Virus record (IMG/VR): IMGVR_UViG_2671180608_000010
Reading direction: 5' to 3' (one strand)
Origin: a virus
Taxonomy: Duplodnaviria > Heunggongvirae > Uroviricota > Caudoviricetes
Length of the DNA: 8,128 bases
Under the pieces are notes generated by a model. It did not search any database and was not told the origin of the DNA. It saw only the letters and a list, made by a program, of their open reading frames with translations. Every line of letters begins with the position of its first letter. Positions within the stretch are counted from its first letter, which is position 1. This document shows, one piece after another, positions 6,430 to 8,128 of this stretch. Position numbers and translations under genes: made by a program.

Positions 6430-6711
6430 TTATCCAGTGACGGTAGTCGAGGCTAAGGGCTTTTTTAACCTCGCATCCGCGCCTGCGGTAACACTGAATG
6501 AGCCATTCGGCCTGTTCTTCAGTGCATGGGGGATGCTGGTACCAATCAGATTTAAATGCGTGAGAGCGCCGCCCGTGCCTGCTGGCAAAGACGGCTGAAT
6601 TATCAGAATTGTGTAGTCTGGAAGGCAGTGGCTGACAATAGCGCCATTCTCAACGCGCACAGTATAGAGGCCATCTTCACTAAAAATTTCACGTAATTCT
6701 TCGATTTTCAT
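6430..6711 (-). CDS. Hypothetical 93-aa protein (MKIEELREIFSEDGLYTVRVENG...), in the position rem occupies in Qin-type prophages
   Basis: ORF with GGAAGGA about 8 nt upstream of the ATG at 6711. Sequence equivalence to Rem is not claimed. Confidence 0.5.
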   Translation of the reverse strand: MKIEELREIFSEDGLYTVRVENGAIVSHCLPDYTILIIQPSLPAGTGGALTHLNLIGTSIPHALKNRPNGSFSVTAGADARLKKPLASTTVTG

Positions 6712-6793
6712 CAACAGAATCCTTCCAGATAAATAGCACTCCCCTGTTCGGGGTCCATCCCTCTTCTCCCTGCGCGCTACTTAAGTATTTTTG

Positions 6794-6824
6794 ATTCTAT
6801 TCCGGCACCATCTAAAACTTCAAA
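6794..6824 (-). promoter_or_regulatory. Candidate sigma70 promoter (TTGAAG, 18-nt spacer, TAGAAT) for the 6430..6711 gene
   Basis: Hexamers read on the minus strand directly after the hok terminator. Confidence 0.3.
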
Positions 6825-6830
6825 CGCGTT

Positions 6831-6861
6831 GAAAATAAAAACAAAAACCCGCCGAAGCGGG
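6831..6861 (-). terminator. Intrinsic terminator of the hok transcript
   Basis: Minus-strand hairpin CCCGC-UUCG-GCGGG (6848-6861) followed by UUUUUGUUUUUAUUUUC. Confidence 0.65.
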
Positions 6862-6931
6862 TTAAGTGTGGGTGCATTGAGGATGCCTGACCCATCAGAG
6901 GTGGCGAGGGATTTCTCCCCCGCCTGGTCTC

Positions 6932-7087
6932 TTACTCCTCAGGTTCGTAAGCTGTGAAGACAGCGACCTCCGTCTGGCCGGTTCGAATTCGTACCTCGCA
7001 GAGGTCTTTCCTCGTTACCAGTGCCGTCACAATGACGGTTAAACAGATGACGATCAGGGCGATTAACATCGCCTTTTGCTGCTTCAT
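6932..7087 (-). CDS. hokD: Hok/Gef-family membrane toxin, 51 aa (HokD/RelF-like)
   Basis: MKQQKAMLIALIVICLTVIVTALVTRKDLCEVRIRTGQTEVAVFTAYEPEE matches the Hok family from memory. AAGGAG 9 nt upstream. The 70-aa track ORF is an in-frame upstream ATG extension. Confidence 0.85.
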   Translation of the reverse strand: MKQQKAMLIALIVICLTVIVTALVTRKDLCEVRIRTGQTEVAVFTAYEPEE

Positions 7088-7298
7088 AGCCTGCTTCTCC
7101 TTGCCTTTCGGCACGTAAGAGGCTAACCTAGATTTGCCGTTCATAGATTGAGCCTCAGATTAATGTTAAGCGTCTTGCCGGACGCGTAATGTTAACTGGG
7201 GCTTTTCTCTATCTGCCTTTTGGTGTTCATGCCTGAGACAGATAGCCTCAAGCACCCGCTGCAATTCTACTTAACTCTCCTTTTCCCGCAAACCGTTT

Positions 7299-7382
7299 TT
7301 ATCCCCAGCGGCAAATCGAATACACCACCAGCGCCACCGCCATCGCAATTCCTACCGTTGTTAATGCTTCAGGCCAGGTCAT
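7299..7382 (-). CDS. Candidate 27-aa hydrophobic peptide [27 protein letters not shown], start overlapping the ORF-C stop (ATGA)
   Basis: Translated by hand; not in the ORF track (too short). One predicted transmembrane segment. AGGA precedes an internal ATG. Could be a non-translated leader. Confidence 0.3.
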   Translation of the reverse strand: MTWPEALTTVGIAMAVALVVYSICRWG

Positions 7383-7723
7383 CGTAAAATATCCTCCACG
7401 CTTATCAGTCCGTTCCGCTCCAGATAACTCATCGCCTTATCCGGTAATTTGCAGTCTGGCTTCGCTTTCCTCAGTTGCCAGGTTAACTGCTTTACCAGCA
7501 TGGTTAACTCATCGACCAGACGCTGATATCCCACTGGTTTGTATTCATGCAATTTACCGGCTGGCTCTGCTGCCAGCGATACCAGTGCGATTTCCAGAAC
7601 AGCAATATCCATCTTATATGTGCGGATGATGTCATGGTCGATTGTGCCCGGTATGCACAGTCTCTGTGCTTCAATAGTCTCCTCTGCGTGAGCTATTAAC
7701 TGCTCTCTGGTAAAAGTCGTCAT
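7379..7723 (-). CDS. Hypothetical 114-aa protein ORF-C; N-terminal domain paralogous to ORF-B
   Basis: ORF whose ATG overlaps the ORF-B stop (ATGA). Shares MTT(I/F)T(K/R)E and M(E/D)(L/I)A..(I)AL.SL.AEP motifs with ORF-B. No family recognised. Confidence 0.6.
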   Translation of the reverse strand: MTTFTREQLIAHAEETIEAQRLCIPGTIDHDIIRTYKMDIAVLEIALVSLAAEPAGKLHEYKPVGYQRLVDELTMLVKQLTWQLRKAKPDCKLPDKAMSYLERNGLISVEDILR

Positions 7724-7887
7724 GCCGTAGCCCCTTCTTGATATTTTTCAAACCAGAACACAACCGGCTCTGCTTCCAGCGATGCCAGCGCAATCCGTGC
7801 CAGTTCCATTTGTTCACCACGGGTAAGCCCGTTTTCAAGCGGGTTTTTAATGAACAATTCAATACGTTCTTTGGTAATAGTGGTCAT
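7720..7887 (-). CDS. Hypothetical 55-aa protein ORF-B ([55 protein letters not shown]), absent from the ORF track
   Basis: Translated by hand. Perfect AGGAG 6 nt upstream of the ATG, immediately after the ORF-A stop. Stop overlaps the ORF-C start. Confidence 0.5.
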   Translation of the reverse strand: MTTITKERIELFIKNPLENGLTRGEQMELARIALASLEAEPVVFWFEKYQEGATA

Positions 7888-7897
7888 GTGTTACTCC

Positions 7898-8128
7898 TTA
7901 ACCCGCAGTGCTTTCAACTGATGAGGGGAACAAAATCTTTTCATCAAACCCTGCATTCATATCATGAACAGCAACACACCAATCCATCGACGAACGATTA
8001 TCAAGAGCCTCCATGATTTCATCCATGCGGCGTAGGTCATACAGGTAAATGCTTTTATCGCCAATGGTGTAAAAGCCAATTTTTTTCGGTGATGGATGAG
8101 GTGTACTGGCAATAGCGGACACTACCAT
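7898..8128 (-). CDS. Hypothetical protein ORF-A, at least 76 aa, possibly truncated by the window edge
   Basis: ORF ending TAA at 7898-7900, directly followed by the ORF-B RBS. An ATG sits exactly at the window edge, so the true N-terminus is unknown. No family recognised. Confidence 0.4.
   Translation of the reverse strand: MVVSAIASTPHPSPKKIGFYTIGDKSIYLYDLRRMDEIMEALDNRSSMDWCVAVHDMNAGFDEKILFPSSVESTAG

Noticed and set aside
5919-6598. ORFs 5919..6134 (-), 5995..6279 (+), 6138..6356 (-) and 6173..6598 (+)
   Set aside because: Alternative-frame or antisense overlaps of the DUF968 gene with Cys/Trp-rich junk translations.
7671-8016. ORFs 7671..7862 (-) and 7738..8016 (+)
   Set aside because: Out-of-frame or antisense overlaps of ORF-B and ORF-C, which have proper RBSs and coupled start/stop overlaps.
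1-8128. CRISPR array, IS element or integrase, attachment site, stx genes
   Set aside because: No regularly spaced direct repeats and no transposase- or integrase-like ORFs in the unmasked sequence; the stx position after the tRNAs holds terminators and an AT-rich block instead.

Overview
Most of this window reads as the nin/Q late-regulatory region of a lambdoid prophage, encoded on the minus strand and most consistent with an Escherichia-like host (inferred from family resemblance, no search was run). In transcription order (high to low coordinates) it carries: a tightly coupled operon of uncharacterised genes (ORF-A, ORF-B, ORF-C and a 27-aa hydrophobic peptide), a Hok-family toxin gene, a 93-aa hypothetical gene, a DUF968 HNH-like gene, rusA, a duplicated rusA/Q junction with an 85-aa gene, a full-length Q antiterminator with candidate pR' and tR', and a phage tRNA cluster (Ile2-CAU, Arg-UCG, Arg-UCU) present twice around a beta-class DNA methyltransferase. 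The low-coordinate end has two tandem terminators and an AT-rich block with one plus-strand ORF. The best candidate for an undescribed system is the ORF-A/B/C/peptide operon directly upstream of hok, in the slot where relBE sits in Qin-type prophages. Five N-masked runs (2104-2613, 2688-2832, 3919-4009, 4024-4254, 4853-4863) hide the methylase 5' end, part of the second tRNA cluster and the interior of the second rusA copy, so nothing is claimed there. No CRISPR array, IS element, integrase or stx gene is visible. All calls come from reading the sequence and the supplied ORF track.
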